A DNA stretch of 63,255 nt, the filler included, from an uncultured bacterium (lineage in GTDB: Bacteria; Auribacterota; CAZIXI01), in assembly GCA_964543115.1 (NCBI GenBank). It is 5 parts of 5 records of this genome, joined end to end, with 100 filler letters (N's around TTAATTAATTAA, not from the genome) between each part and the next. Parts side by side here need not be neighbours in the genome. Positions count along the whole stretch, not along the records: positions 25,587 to 38,216 come from CAZIXI010000079.1; positions 38,317 to 50,770 come from CAZIXI010000081.1; 3 more parts are not named here. One strand, written 5' to 3'. Positions 35,953-45,955 of the stretch are shown piece by piece. Every line of letters begins with the position of its first letter. Position 1 is the stretch's first letter. The notes beneath the pieces are model-generated. The model was given only the letters and a program-made list of their open reading frames with translations. It ran no database searches and was not told the origin of the DNA. Made by a program: the position numbers and the translations under genes.

Positions 35953-37233
35953 ATGGCTATTAAATACCGTTCAATTAACGGAACTAACGATGCTTTTCCT
36001 CCGCAGATAGATCTCTGGCAGTGTGTGGAGGGAAAGGCCCGGGAATTATTTCGGCGCTATGGTTATCAGGAGATTAGAACGCCTATTATAGAGTATACGG
36101 AATTGTTTGCCCGCAGTGTCGGAGCGGACACCGATATTGTCGAGAAGGAGATGTATACATTTACCGATAAAAGTAATCGGTCTATTTCCCTGCGGCCCGA
36201 AGAAACTGCCGGAGTGATCAGGGCGTATCTGGAAGGCAGTCTTTATGCCAAAAAACCGTTATGGAAACTTTCTTATTCTGGGCCGATGTTTCGCCGGGAA
36301 CGTCCGCAGGCCGGGCGTTTGCGCCAGTTTCATCAAATTGGTGCGGAAGTTATCGGGACTTACGCGGCCAGTGCCGATGCCGAGACGATTATCTGGCTCA
36401 GAGATTATTTTCGTATGTTTAATCTTCCTGATCCGGAACTGCGGCTGAACAGTGCCGGCTGCCAGAAGTGCCGTCCCGGATATACGATGCTGCTCCAGGA
36501 ACAGCTGGGCTTGAAGATAAAAGATATGTGCGCTGACTGTCAGCGGAGGTATAAGCGGAATATTTTCCGGGTATTAGACTGTAAACAATCTCAGTGCCGG
36601 AAGATTATTAATGGTTTACCGGTTATCCAGGACTCTTTATGCGGAGAATGCCGGGAACATTTTGAGGAATTGAAAAGTTTTCTGCTGGCGGAAAAAGTTA
36701 CTTTTAAAATCGATCCGCATTTGGTGCGGGGATTGGATTATTATACGCGGACAGTTTATGAATTTATTTCACCGTTAGAGGGGTTAGGGGCCCAGAACAC
36801 CATTGCCGCCGGCGGCCGCTATGACCGTTTGGTTCAGGAGATGGGAGGTCCGCCCACTGGTGCCGTTGGGTTCAGTATCGGTGTGGAGCGGTTGATTATG
36901 GCCTTGACCCAATTGAATTGTCTGCAGCTGCCGGAGGATAAATTAGATGTTTTTCTGGTTTCCTTGGACAGTGAAAGTTACGCGAAGAATTTTACTTTAT
37001 TAAATGAACTGCGCCGTTCCGGTATCCAAGCCGATATAAATTTTCAGGCCAAAAGCGTTAAGGCGCAAATGCGTCTGGCCAATAAGCTGGGCGCCCGTTA
37101 CGTGATTGTCCGGGGCGAGGATGAGAGGAATAATAAAATAGTCAAACTTAAAAGTATGGATCAAGGATTAGAAAAAGATATAAAAGAAGAGGAAATATTA
37201 GAAGGCTTAAAGGGAATGTTGAAAGGCAGCTGA
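35953..37233 (+). CDS. hisS: Histidine--tRNA ligase
   Basis: SLRPEETA, RRERPQAGRLRQFHQIG, LVRGLDYYT, GGRYD. Confidence 0.98.
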   Translation: MAIKYRSINGTNDAFPPQIDLWQCVEGKARELFRRYGYQEIRTPIIEYTELFARSVGADTDIVEKEMYTFTDKSNRSISLRPEETAGVIRAYLEGSLYAKKPLWKLSYSGPMFRRERPQAGRLRQFHQIGAEVIGTYAASADAETIIWLRDYFRMFNLPDPELRLNSAGCQKCRPGYTMLLQEQLGLKIKDMCADCQRRYKRNIFRVLDCKQSQCRKIINGLPVIQDSLCGECREHFEELKSFLLAEKVTFKIDPHLVRGLDYYTRTVYEFISPLEGLGAQNTIAAGGRYDRLVQEMGGPPTGAVGFSIGVERLIMALTQLNCLQLPEDKLDVFLVSLDSESYAKNFTLLNELRRSGIQADINFQAKSVKAQMRLANKLGARYVIVRGEDERNNKIVKLKSMDQGLEKDIKEEEILEGLKGMLKGS

Positions 37234-37303
37234 GTAGTTGTGTTTTTTATCAGGGAGTCTGGATTTTTAAGAAGATAAGTTTAATTTTAGAGAGGAGCAA
37301 TCG

Positions 37304-38216
37304 ATGAAAAGAACTCATACCTGTGGAGTGCTTACGGCAAGTGATTTAGATAAGAATGTAGTTTTGGTCGGCTGGGTGGATACCCGGCGGGATCACGGCG
37401 GCCTGATTTTTATTGATTTGCGTGACCGGTCGGGGGTTACCCAGTTGGTTTTTAATCCTCAACTTAATTTGGCTATACATAAGTTGGCGGAAACTATCCG
37501 GAGTGAGTACGTTATCGAAATTCAGGGCAAGGTACATCCGCGTCCCGAGGGGACAAAAAATCCTAAACTGACCACTGGTGATATTGAGGTTACGGTTTCG
37601 AGCCTGGAAATACTAAACAAGTCAAAACCGCTTCCATTTCCGCTGGAAGAGGAGGTTGACATTAGCGAGGATATTCGGCTTGCTTACCGTTATATTGATT
37701 TGAGGAGGCCGCGATTACTCAATGCCCTGCAGGTGCGCCATAAGGCTTGTCAGGCGGCCCGGCAGTTTCTGAGCAGGGAGGGTTTTCTGGAGGTAGAGAC
37801 GCCGATGCTCACTAAGAGTACGCCGGAAGGGGCGCGTGATTACCTGGTGCCCAGCCGGGTCTATCCGGGAAAATTCTATGCCTTACCGCAGTCCCCGCAG
37901 CTTTTTAAGCAGATTTTGATGGTCGCGGGGGTAGAGAAGTATTTTCAAGTCGTTAAATGCTTTCGTGACGAAGATTTGCGCGCGGACCGCCAGCCGGAAT
38001 TTACCCAGATTGATATCGAGATGAGTTTTGTTGAAGAGGAAGATGTCTTGAACGTAACGGAAGGGTTGATGGCCGAGATGTTTTCTGAGGCGCTGGGCGT
38101 TTCACTGAAATTACCCTTTAAGCGGATCACCCACCATGAGGCAATGACTCGTTACGGCAGTGATAAACCGGATCTTCGTTGGGATCTGGAATTGGCGGAT
38201 CTTTCCGCGTGCTTTA
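37304..38216 (+). CDS. aspS: Aspartate--tRNA ligase, 3' truncated by the contig end
   Basis: [49 protein letters not shown]. Confidence 0.97.
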
Positions 38217-38316
38217 NNNNNNNNNNNNNNNNNNNNNNNNNNNNNNNNNNNNNNNNNNNNTTAATTAATTAANNNNNNNNNNNNNNNNNNNNNNNNNNNN
38301 NNNNNNNNNNNNNNNN
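38217..38316. other. Artificial contig linker
   Basis: N44-TTAATTAATTAA-N44. Confidence 0.98.
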
Positions 38317-38430
38317 AGGCGATTGTGGGTAACTTCATACTAAAAGTGTCCATAATAGTTTACGCTATCCTCATTTGGCATCCTGCTTTAGCTCAGGGAC
38401 GGCCCCTTAGCGGATAGCGGCAAAAACCTA

Positions 38431-38459
38431 TTGACAATTCTGCTGTTTTTTAATACTCT
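38431..38459 (+). promoter_or_regulatory. Putative sigma70-type promoter
   Basis: TTGACA-N17-TACTCT, 24 nt before ATG 38484. Confidence 0.5.
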
Positions 38460-38483
38460 TTCTAAGTTTATTAGATCAACTAT

Positions 38484-40472
38484 ATGAATAATTTTAATTT
38501 TACTCATGATTTTAATCTTTTTTTCTATATTTTCATTATAAGTATAGTCGCGGCATTTATTGCCTATATTGTCCTGCCGCGAAAAAACACTCCTCCAAAA
38601 CAACCAAATACCCTTCCGCTTCTGATCATCTTCCTATTTTCTCTCTATTATATAGGGATTTCCTGCCTCAACTACCGCTTTTATCTTACCGGCGGCGATC
38701 TGCCGATATTCACGGAAATATTCGAAAACAGTATAAGAGGGGATTTTCTCTTATCAACAATCCAGCACGGCAGCTATAATTTTTTAGGGCATCATTTTTC
38801 ACCGATTTTGATTTTACTCATCCCCGTTTATTACCTTTTTTCATCCCCTTATACTCTTTTGCTGGTTCAGGGATTAGTATTTACCGCCGGCGCCTGGCCC
38901 TTGTTCCGCTTTACCGCCGCGAAATCCAAAAGCACTTTTTTAGCAACCGCCGTTACTCTGGGATATCTGCTGGCGCCGCTACAGCTCGAAGACCTGGTCT
39001 ACGATTTTCACCCCGCTTATTTTACCCCCACACTGGTACTCTTTACGCTCTACTTTCTGTGGCAAGGCAGAAAAATCCCTTATCTCGTATCTTTCCTCCT
39101 CCTGCTGATGTGCAAAACAGACGCCTTCATTTATGCAGCCGGTATCGGCATCTATGCCCTCTGCGCGAAAGAAACCCGAAAAACAGGCCTCTATAGTATT
39201 ATCCTTACACTCACTTATGCCGGAATCGGCCTGGGCTGGCTGAAACCTCTGCTAGCCAGACAATCCGAACTGGATTTCCACAATTGGTTTGTTAAAAGAT
39301 ACAAATATTTAGGAACGGATTTCGGCAGCGCTGCTAAAAACATTATCTTCCATCCCGGATTGATAATGAAGGATTTCATCAGCTACTACCCGCTGTTAAA
39401 ATTAAGGAGCCTCTGTTTTATTTTCCTGCCCGTAGCGGCCCTGCCCCTGTTCTGCGGTGCGGCCCTTATCCCCCTGGTCATAGCCATTCTGGTAATGTTC
39501 CTCAGCTCCAGCTGGGTACAAAACAGTCTAATGTATCACTACTCAACCGTCATTTACGCCTTTACCTTTTTCGCCGCCGCAATTGCCGCCTCCCGGATAG
39601 TGAAAAACCGCTCCCCGCGCCTTATCAATGCAGTTTCCGTTTATATTATTCTTGCCGGAGCGCTGACCCATTTCTTTTTTTCACAATGGACACCGGCACA
39701 ACATTTCGATTTTGCTCCTTATTTAAACCAGCACAAAATACACCTAACCGATACTATCCTCGGCTTGATCCGCCCCGGGCACTCCATTACCTGCCGGCAC
39801 ACCTATGTCTGTCATCTTTTAGCCAATCATCCCGTAACCACCATCAGGGCCCATAGCAAAGACATTCCTCATGACACAGAATACATTTTGCTTGACGAAC
39901 AGGAACGTCATTCAAAATCCCTGCGGGATATTCTGGCAAAAAACGAATACGGCACCGTTCATGTGGACCCAAGTTTCCTGCTCTTAAAAAAGGGATACAG
40001 CACCAAAAAAAATGAATTAGCCTTCGCCACATTCTTCAGATCTTTCGAAGGCGAGAACACCCCTCATTGCGTGGGCATAAACACCCTTGACCCGGCTGCA
40101 CACAACATTTACGCCAGACAAAGCAGAAAAGACATTGATCAAGACGGGGCAATAGCCTACGGTCCCTATCAAAGATATCCCGCCGGTCATTATCGGGCGA
40201 AATTCTACTTAAGAACCTCCAACAACACCATCAGCGATCACATTGCCAGCATTGACGTCAGCACCGATAGCGGCATGAAATTCCTCGCCAAAAAAGAAAT
40301 CTCCGGCACGGACTTTAAGTCCGTTGGTAAATATCAGTGTTTTAGTTTAGAGTTTGATCATAACGATCCCGCGCAAAGACTGGAATTCCGGGTATTTTGT
40401 TACAACAAAACAGACCTCTGGCTGGACAGGATTGAATTTGACAGTCCGGCTTACAAATTGGAGAAAATGTGA
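38484..40472 (+). CDS. DUF2079-like GT-C membrane glycosyltransferase with C-terminal soluble domain
   Basis: GDLPIFTEIF...LGHHFSPIL, YDFHP, LLMCKTD, many TM helices; C-terminal YGPY...LEFRV block. Confidence 0.8.
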   Translation: MNNFNFTHDFNLFFYIFIISIVAAFIAYIVLPRKNTPPKQPNTLPLLIIFLFSLYYIGISCLNYRFYLTGGDLPIFTEIFENSIRGDFLLSTIQHGSYNFLGHHFSPILILLIPVYYLFSSPYTLLLVQGLVFTAGAWPLFRFTAAKSKSTFLATAVTLGYLLAPLQLEDLVYDFHPAYFTPTLVLFTLYFLWQGRKIPYLVSFLLLLMCKTDAFIYAAGIGIYALCAKETRKTGLYSIILTLTYAGIGLGWLKPLLARQSELDFHNWFVKRYKYLGTDFGSAAKNIIFHPGLIMKDFISYYPLLKLRSLCFIFLPVAALPLFCGAALIPLVIAILVMFLSSSWVQNSLMYHYSTVIYAFTFFAAAIAASRIVKNRSPRLINAVSVYIILAGALTHFFFSQWTPAQHFDFAPYLNQHKIHLTDTILGLIRPGHSITCRHTYVCHLLANHPVTTIRAHSKDIPHDTEYILLDEQERHSKSLRDILAKNEYGTVHVDPSFLLLKKGYSTKKNELAFATFFRSFEGENTPHCVGINTLDPAAHNIYARQSRKDIDQDGAIAYGPYQRYPAGHYRAKFYLRTSNNTISDHIASIDVSTDSGMKFLAKKEISGTDFKSVGKYQCFSLEFDHNDPAQRLEFRVFCYNKTDLWLDRIEFDSPAYKLEKM

Positions 40473-41122
40473 CCGCTGAATTCGACAGAGAAGTTACCAG
40501 CTGGGACGGGCTCTACACGGAAAGACCGCAGCAATGGGCCTTCTTCCCGCGGGCCGCCGCCAAACGCGTAGCCGACAGAAAAAAGCTCTGCCTATCCTGG
40601 CTGCGCGGCAACAACGTTGTTGACCTTGGCTGTAACGGCGGCCATTACGGCCTGGCCATCGCCCGGACAAAAAACTGGTGCGGCCTGGACCTCTCAGCTG
40701 AAATGCTGCTGGCCGGAAAGAAGCGGTTAAGCGCTTCCGGCCTTAAGGGCCGCTTTATCAATGCCGACATAACCGCTATTCCGCTTAAAAAAAGCTCCTT
40801 TGATTCCGCTATCTGTATTGGCGTACTTAACTATTTTACCTTACCCGCGGTTGAAAACATTCTTAAAGACATTAAACGCGTATTAAATCAGGAAGGTCAA
40901 TTGATCATTACCAACCTGCGGCTGGACATCTTCACCTGGATCCGCAGCCGCCTACAACAGCCTATCCCCCGCCCCATTCGCCTGCCCGGCCCGCTCTACC
41001 CGCATCCGCAGAAAAAACTACTTTCCTTACTGGAACGGCAGGGATTTACGATTAAACAGGTAAAACAACTAAAAAAATATCAGTTTGTACCATATATCAC
41101 ACTTATCGAAGCAGAAAGCTAA
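40469..41122 (+). CDS. Class I SAM-dependent methyltransferase
   Basis: VVDLGCNGG, GLDLSAEML, ADITAIP...FDSAI. Confidence 0.88.
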   Translation: MTAEFDREVTSWDGLYTERPQQWAFFPRAAAKRVADRKKLCLSWLRGNNVVDLGCNGGHYGLAIARTKNWCGLDLSAEMLLAGKKRLSASGLKGRFINADITAIPLKKSSFDSAICIGVLNYFTLPAVENILKDIKRVLNQEGQLIITNLRLDIFTWIRSRLQQPIPRPIRLPGPLYPHPQKKLLSLLERQGFTIKQVKQLKKYQFVPYITLIEAES

Positions 41123-41130
41123 AAAATACT

Positions 41131-41203
41131 TTTATAAGGAAACCAGGAAGTACAGGAATAACAATCTGTGTATTTTTCCTGCATTTCCTGGATTCCTTAT
41201 AAA
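41131..41203. repeat. 28-bp imperfect inverted repeat built of CAGGAA-like 9-mers
   Basis: TTTATAAGGAAACCAGGAAGTACAGGAA vs TTCCTGCATTTCCTGGATTCCTTATAAA. Confidence 0.85.
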
Positions 41204-41226
41204 AAAGTTAAAACAATAAAAAGACT

Positions 41227-42216
41227 ATGGACAAGAAAAAGAAAAAAATATTACTGCTGCGGCTGGCAATCGGCTTAACCATGTTTGTTGTGCTCTTTCT
41301 GTTCATCGGCTGGCAGAACACCTGGAGCATACTGCAGCGTTTCCGGTTTGCCTATCTACCCCTGATCCTGGGCATCGCTTTTCTAATGATTGCCATCAGC
41401 TGTTTTAAATGGCGGATCTTCCTTAACGACCGGGGCATAAAAGTGGGCATCTGGAAACTGATCTCACTTTACGTTATCGGCTATTTCTTCAACAGTTTCC
41501 TGCCGGGCAGTATCGGCGGCGATCTGGCCCGCAGCTTCATCCTCGGTAAAAACATTAAGAGCCAGGTAGAATCCTTCTCTTCGATTTTTATGGAACGCTT
41601 TACCGGTCTGGTAGCCCTCGTCACTATCGGCGTAGCGGCCGCCCTGATAAACTTCCGCCTGCTCCTGCGCGCCCCGATCGTACTAATCAGCATAATTGTC
41701 ATCTTCGTCGGCTTCACCTCTGCCCTGCTGATCATTTTTAACCGTTCACTCATCCTTTGGCTCAGTAAAAGGATAAAAATAAAAAAAATAGAAAAAATTA
41801 AACACAAACTGTTGGAAATCTACCAGATCATCTATTCCTACCGGCACAAAAAGAGCATCGTCGCCAAGGCCCTGGCCATCTCCTTTGTCTTTCACACCAT
41901 GACCTCGGTAAACACCTGGATCGTTTGTAAATCACTTGATATCCAGATGAACTTCCTGGACATTTTAGTTTTTATTCCGATAATCCTGCTCGTTTCCGCC
42001 GTTCCCATAAGTATCGGCGGCCTGGGGCTTTGGGAAGCGAGTTTTATTATCCTGTTTATGAAGGCCGGCATACCCTCCCCGGAGGCCTTTAGTATTTCTC
42101 TTATCCTGAGATCAAAAAATTATCTAGTAGCGATACTAGGAGGGTTCCTTTTTCTGCTATATTTAAGGAGGTTAACTCATGGCGCAGACCGATCTGCAAT
42201 CGTATCTGGTAACTGA
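41227..42216 (+). CDS. Flippase-like / lysylphosphatidylglycerol synthase TM-domain protein
   Basis: KWRIFL, FFNSFLPGSIGGD, ERFTG, PISIGGLGLWE. Confidence 0.88.
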   Translation: MDKKKKKILLLRLAIGLTMFVVLFLFIGWQNTWSILQRFRFAYLPLILGIAFLMIAISCFKWRIFLNDRGIKVGIWKLISLYVIGYFFNSFLPGSIGGDLARSFILGKNIKSQVESFSSIFMERFTGLVALVTIGVAAALINFRLLLRAPIVLISIIVIFVGFTSALLIIFNRSLILWLSKRIKIKKIEKIKHKLLEIYQIIYSYRHKKSIVAKALAISFVFHTMTSVNTWIVCKSLDIQMNFLDILVFIPIILLVSAVPISIGGLGLWEASFIILFMKAGIPSPEAFSISLILRSKNYLVAILGGFLFLLYLRRLTHGADRSAIVSGN

Positions 42217-42913
42217 AAAAACAGGCGGATTAAAGAAATACCAGTCCATAACCGTGGGTAGCGGCGGGTTATGGGCGCTTTTCCGTTACGAATTACTTAC
42301 CTCACTACTCGGCCCGCTGCCCGGCGCCCTGGGCCTCATCCTGCGCAGAAAACACTATCACCGTTTATTTAAAAAAATCGGCAAAAATGTTGTCTGGGGC
42401 CGGAACATTACCATCCGCCGTCCAGAACGCATTACCATTGGCGATAATGTGCTTATTGACGATAATTGCGTACTGGACGCCCGCGGCACTTCCGGAAAAG
42501 GAATCGTTATCGGCAACGGCGTAATGATCGGGCGCAATACCATAATCAGCATGAAAAACGGCACCATTGAGCTCGGCAACAACACCAACATCGGCGTTAA
42601 CTGCACCCTGCAGACAAGCACAAAACTCCAGCTGGGAAAAAACATCATCATTGCCGCCTATACCTATCTCGTAGCCGGCGGCAACCACAGGTTTGACCGC
42701 ACTGACATCCCGATGATCGCCCAGGGCATGGAACTTAAGGGCGGAATTATTATTGAAGACAACTGCTGGCTGGGCGCCCGGGTAACGGTAATGGACGGGG
42801 TACGCATCGAAACCGAATCGCTGATCGGCGCCGGTTCCCTGGTGCACAAAAACATCCCGGCCTTTTCCGTTGCCGTCGGTGCCCCGGCCCGCGCAATTAA
42901 AAAACGTAAATAG
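42179..42913 (+). CDS. Hexapeptide-repeat (left-handed beta-helix) acyltransferase
   Basis: ITIGDNVLID, IVIGNGVMIG, IIEDNCWLGA, VAVGAPAR. Confidence 0.92.
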   Translation: MAQTDLQSYLVTEKTGGLKKYQSITVGSGGLWALFRYELLTSLLGPLPGALGLILRRKHYHRLFKKIGKNVVWGRNITIRRPERITIGDNVLIDDNCVLDARGTSGKGIVIGNGVMIGRNTIISMKNGTIELGNNTNIGVNCTLQTSTKLQLGKNIIIAAYTYLVAGGNHRFDRTDIPMIAQGMELKGGIIIEDNCWLGARVTVMDGVRIETESLIGAGSLVHKNIPAFSVAVGAPARAIKKRK

Positions 42914-42922
42914 CAAACAGCG

Positions 42923-44899
42923 ATGAAGTTAAAAACATTTCCACTACTGACATATTCCGCCGTCCTGCTCTATATCCTGGTATTTTCCTGGATCTCCATC
43001 CGCAATCTGAACCTTTTCTATCTTCACAACCGGGACATGGGTTTATTTGACAATATCCTCTGGAACACATTTCAGGGACGTTTTTTCATGTCCACTGTAG
43101 CGGAATTCTATCTGGAAAACTCCCTGACCCGGCATTTCTGGCCGATTTTTGTTTTACTCACCCCGCTTTACTGGCTCTGGAACAATGTACGGATACTGCT
43201 CGTTTTCCAGGCAATAGCAATTGCCTCTACCGCCCTGCCCCTTTTCTGGCTGGCCCGGGAAAAAACAAAAAGCGGATTCCTCTCCTTTACCATCGCTGCC
43301 AGTTTCCTCATTCACCCCCTGATTCACGAAGCGCAGATATTTGATTTCCATACAGAAGCAATTATTGCCCCGCTGATAGTCTTCTGTTTCTATTTTTTAT
43401 ATCACAATAGGTTATGGCCCTATTTCATCTGCCTGTTGCTCATGTTCTGCTCTAAAGAAGACACCTTTTTATACGCGATCATTTTCGGTATATATGCCCT
43501 GTTCATCCCGGGAAAAAGACGCACCGGCATCGTCACCATTCTACTGGGCCTGGCATTCGGCGTAGCGGTAATGAAATTTATTTTCCCGCTGGTCAGAGCG
43601 AACCTCCCTGACAGTTACCTCTTCCTGGAGCGCTACCAATGGCTGGGAAACAGCATCAGTGAAATAATGCTAACCCTCTTCACCCGCCCGCTCTATGTAT
43701 TAAAAAACATCTGCACACCCGCCCGCTTAAAAACGCTTATCTTACTGTTTACCCCCGTCGCCTTCCTGCCCCTGGCCGCCGGCACCGTCTTTCTGCTAAT
43801 CGTTCCGGCCCTCGCCGAAATGCTGCTTTCTTCCTTCCGGCCGCAATATGAACTGGTGGGCCACTACCCCTTAGTTGTCTTACCATTTATTTACCTGGCC
43901 GTCATTTTCGGCGCCGCCAACCTTATCCGCTGGCCCGTCTTAGGCAGCCCCAGAGTAAAGGCCATAACCATCGGCATTTATCTGCTAACCACTCACCTGC
44001 TCTACACATTTTTTCTAGGGTTTACGGAAGAAGCAACCATCACCGGCGCCTCTCCGTTGAACCGGCATTTCCGCTTAGCAAATTATGCCTACACGGACCA
44101 TCCCCTTAACGGCCACACCATTATTAATAAGATCCCGGCAGAAGCCTCTGTTACGGCCCAATGCTGCCAGCTGCCCCTGCTCACCCATCGCCGGGACATC
44201 TATCTCTATCGCGGCAACAATATTCACCCCTTCGGCGATATAGAAATTGATTATATCCTGCTGGACCTGCATAACCGCTGTTTTCCTTTTTTCCCGGGTT
44301 CTCCGCAAAAAGAGATATTGCAGCTGCTGGGCGGCAGCGATTACGGCGTAATAGAATTTACAGACGGCTGGCTGCTGTTGAAAAAAGGCTCCTCCCCCCG
44401 GCGCAATCCGGAGGCATTTGATTATGCCTTCCGCTGCTTCTATGGTATAATTCTCGCCGAAACACTTTACCGCGAACAGCATTTAGGCCGTAACATTATC
44501 GATAAAAGTGCCCGGAACGGTCTGGCCCGTTACGGCTCACTTACTGCTGAGGGCCCCGGCTACATTTGTTTTGGCCCTTACCGGGTATATCCGCCCGGAA
44601 ACTATAAAGCAATCTTCTATTTAAAAACCGCTGCTAAGGTTATGGAGGAAATAGCGATAATTGACGTTTGCGCCAAGCAGGGAAAAACCACCTTAGCCGC
44701 CGCTGGGATCACGGGCAGCGATTTTGAAAAAGCCAATGAATACCAGCCATTTTCACTGAGTTTTAATCTAGCGGAGGCAACGGCGCTGGAATTTCGGGTA
44801 TATTTCACCCGCCGGGCAAACCTCTGGATAGACCAGATAGAAGTAGCCCTGCCACCGCTGACCAAGGAAGAAAAATTAAACTATGCGGACAAAATCTAA
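42923..44899 (+). CDS. DUF2079-like GT-C membrane glycosyltransferase with C-terminal soluble domain
   Basis: DMGLFDNILWN, HFWPI, FDFHTE, CSKED; C-terminal FGPY...LEFRV block. Confidence 0.82.
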   Translation: MKLKTFPLLTYSAVLLYILVFSWISIRNLNLFYLHNRDMGLFDNILWNTFQGRFFMSTVAEFYLENSLTRHFWPIFVLLTPLYWLWNNVRILLVFQAIAIASTALPLFWLAREKTKSGFLSFTIAASFLIHPLIHEAQIFDFHTEAIIAPLIVFCFYFLYHNRLWPYFICLLLMFCSKEDTFLYAIIFGIYALFIPGKRRTGIVTILLGLAFGVAVMKFIFPLVRANLPDSYLFLERYQWLGNSISEIMLTLFTRPLYVLKNICTPARLKTLILLFTPVAFLPLAAGTVFLLIVPALAEMLLSSFRPQYELVGHYPLVVLPFIYLAVIFGAANLIRWPVLGSPRVKAITIGIYLLTTHLLYTFFLGFTEEATITGASPLNRHFRLANYAYTDHPLNGHTIINKIPAEASVTAQCCQLPLLTHRRDIYLYRGNNIHPFGDIEIDYILLDLHNRCFPFFPGSPQKEILQLLGGSDYGVIEFTDGWLLLKKGSSPRRNPEAFDYAFRCFYGIILAETLYREQHLGRNIIDKSARNGLARYGSLTAEGPGYICFGPYRVYPPGNYKAIFYLKTAAKVMEEIAIIDVCAKQGKTTLAAAGITGSDFEKANEYQPFSLSFNLAEATALEFRVYFTRRANLWIDQIEVALPPLTKEEKLNYADKI

Positions 44900-45797
44900 A
44901 ATAATTATCGGCCTTATCACCACAATAGTTATCCTGTTAATTGTTACCGCCCTGGCCTTGATCCACCGGTCAGGATTCAAAATAAAAGGCAATTACCGCC
45001 GGCAAAAAATATACTATACAGAAAACAACTTCCGTTACGCCGCCTACATCTTCGCCCCGTTGGGAAAGGGCCCTTATCCAGGCATTATCTTCTGTCACGG
45101 CAACCTGCCCTCCGGAAAAGATACCGCGCTTTACCTGGAAATGTGCGGCCAACTGGCCGCCCGCGGCTACGTGATCATCGATTTCGACATCAAGGGTTTC
45201 GGAGAATCAGAAAAGATAACCAAAGTCAGACTGCCGGACGACCTGGATTTTGTCGCTGATGCCCTGGCCGCCGCTGATTATTTCTCCGGCCTAAAGCTGG
45301 TAGACAAAAACAATCTGACCATTATCGGGCACTCCTCCGGAGGCAACATCGCCATGGCAGCCGGGGTATTGGATGCCAGGATAAAAAACATCATCTGCAT
45401 CTCCCCCGGCGACTTTAATCCCCGCTCAAACCCCCTCCGGCTCAAGCGCCATTACCGTAACCGCCTGGCCAAAGGACTGGAATATGAAATGCCCATGGAT
45501 TATTATGAAAAGCTCGTGACGCCTTTGGCCATGGTCCAGTATTGTGATCGGCTTAGCGGCAAAAACATCTTAATCATCATTGCCGAACACGACCACAGAA
45601 ACCAGAAACGTTTTGCCAATGAAATCTACAATCAGATCCAAACGGCCGAAACCAAAGAATTGCTGGAAATTAAAGACGCCATCCACACCATCGGCGCGCG
45701 TCTGGTGGACGGCAACAAAATAGAAGACGCCTCAAAAATCATCGCCCTGACAAAAGCCATTGATCAATGGCTTAAAAACCTAAGGAATGGAAAATAG
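44883..45797 (+). CDS. Membrane-anchored alpha/beta hydrolase
   Basis: N-terminal TM, CHG, GHSSGG nucleophile elbow, AEHD, late His. Confidence 0.85.
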   Translation: MRTKSKIIIGLITTIVILLIVTALALIHRSGFKIKGNYRRQKIYYTENNFRYAAYIFAPLGKGPYPGIIFCHGNLPSGKDTALYLEMCGQLAARGYVIIDFDIKGFGESEKITKVRLPDDLDFVADALAAADYFSGLKLVDKNNLTIIGHSSGGNIAMAAGVLDARIKNIICISPGDFNPRSNPLRLKRHYRNRLAKGLEYEMPMDYYEKLVTPLAMVQYCDRLSGKNILIIIAEHDHRNQKRFANEIYNQIQTAETKELLEIKDAIHTIGARLVDGNKIEDASKIIALTKAIDQWLKNLRNGK

Positions 45798-45805
45798 GTA
45801 TAATT

Positions 45806-45914
45806 TTTAAAACGCAAAGACCGCAGAGTAAGCGCAGAGGACACAGAGTTTAACTATAAATATAAAAAAAACTCTGCGATCTTTGCGAAATTCTTTGCGG
45901 CCTCTGCGTTTAAA
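45806..45914. repeat. Inverted arms of CGCARAG repeats
   Basis: AAACGCAAAGACCGCAGAGTAAGCGCAGAGGACACAGAG vs CTCTGCGATCTTTGCG...CTTTGCGGCCTCTGCGTTT. Confidence 0.85.
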
Positions 45915-45955
45915 TGTTTTTCACTAAAACGCCGCAGCGGAGCAAGTTATATTTC

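Noticed and set aside
30768..38216. Novelty in guaB3, dnaE, hisS, aspS
   Set aside because: Ordinary housekeeping genes; no intein or unusual insertion seen.
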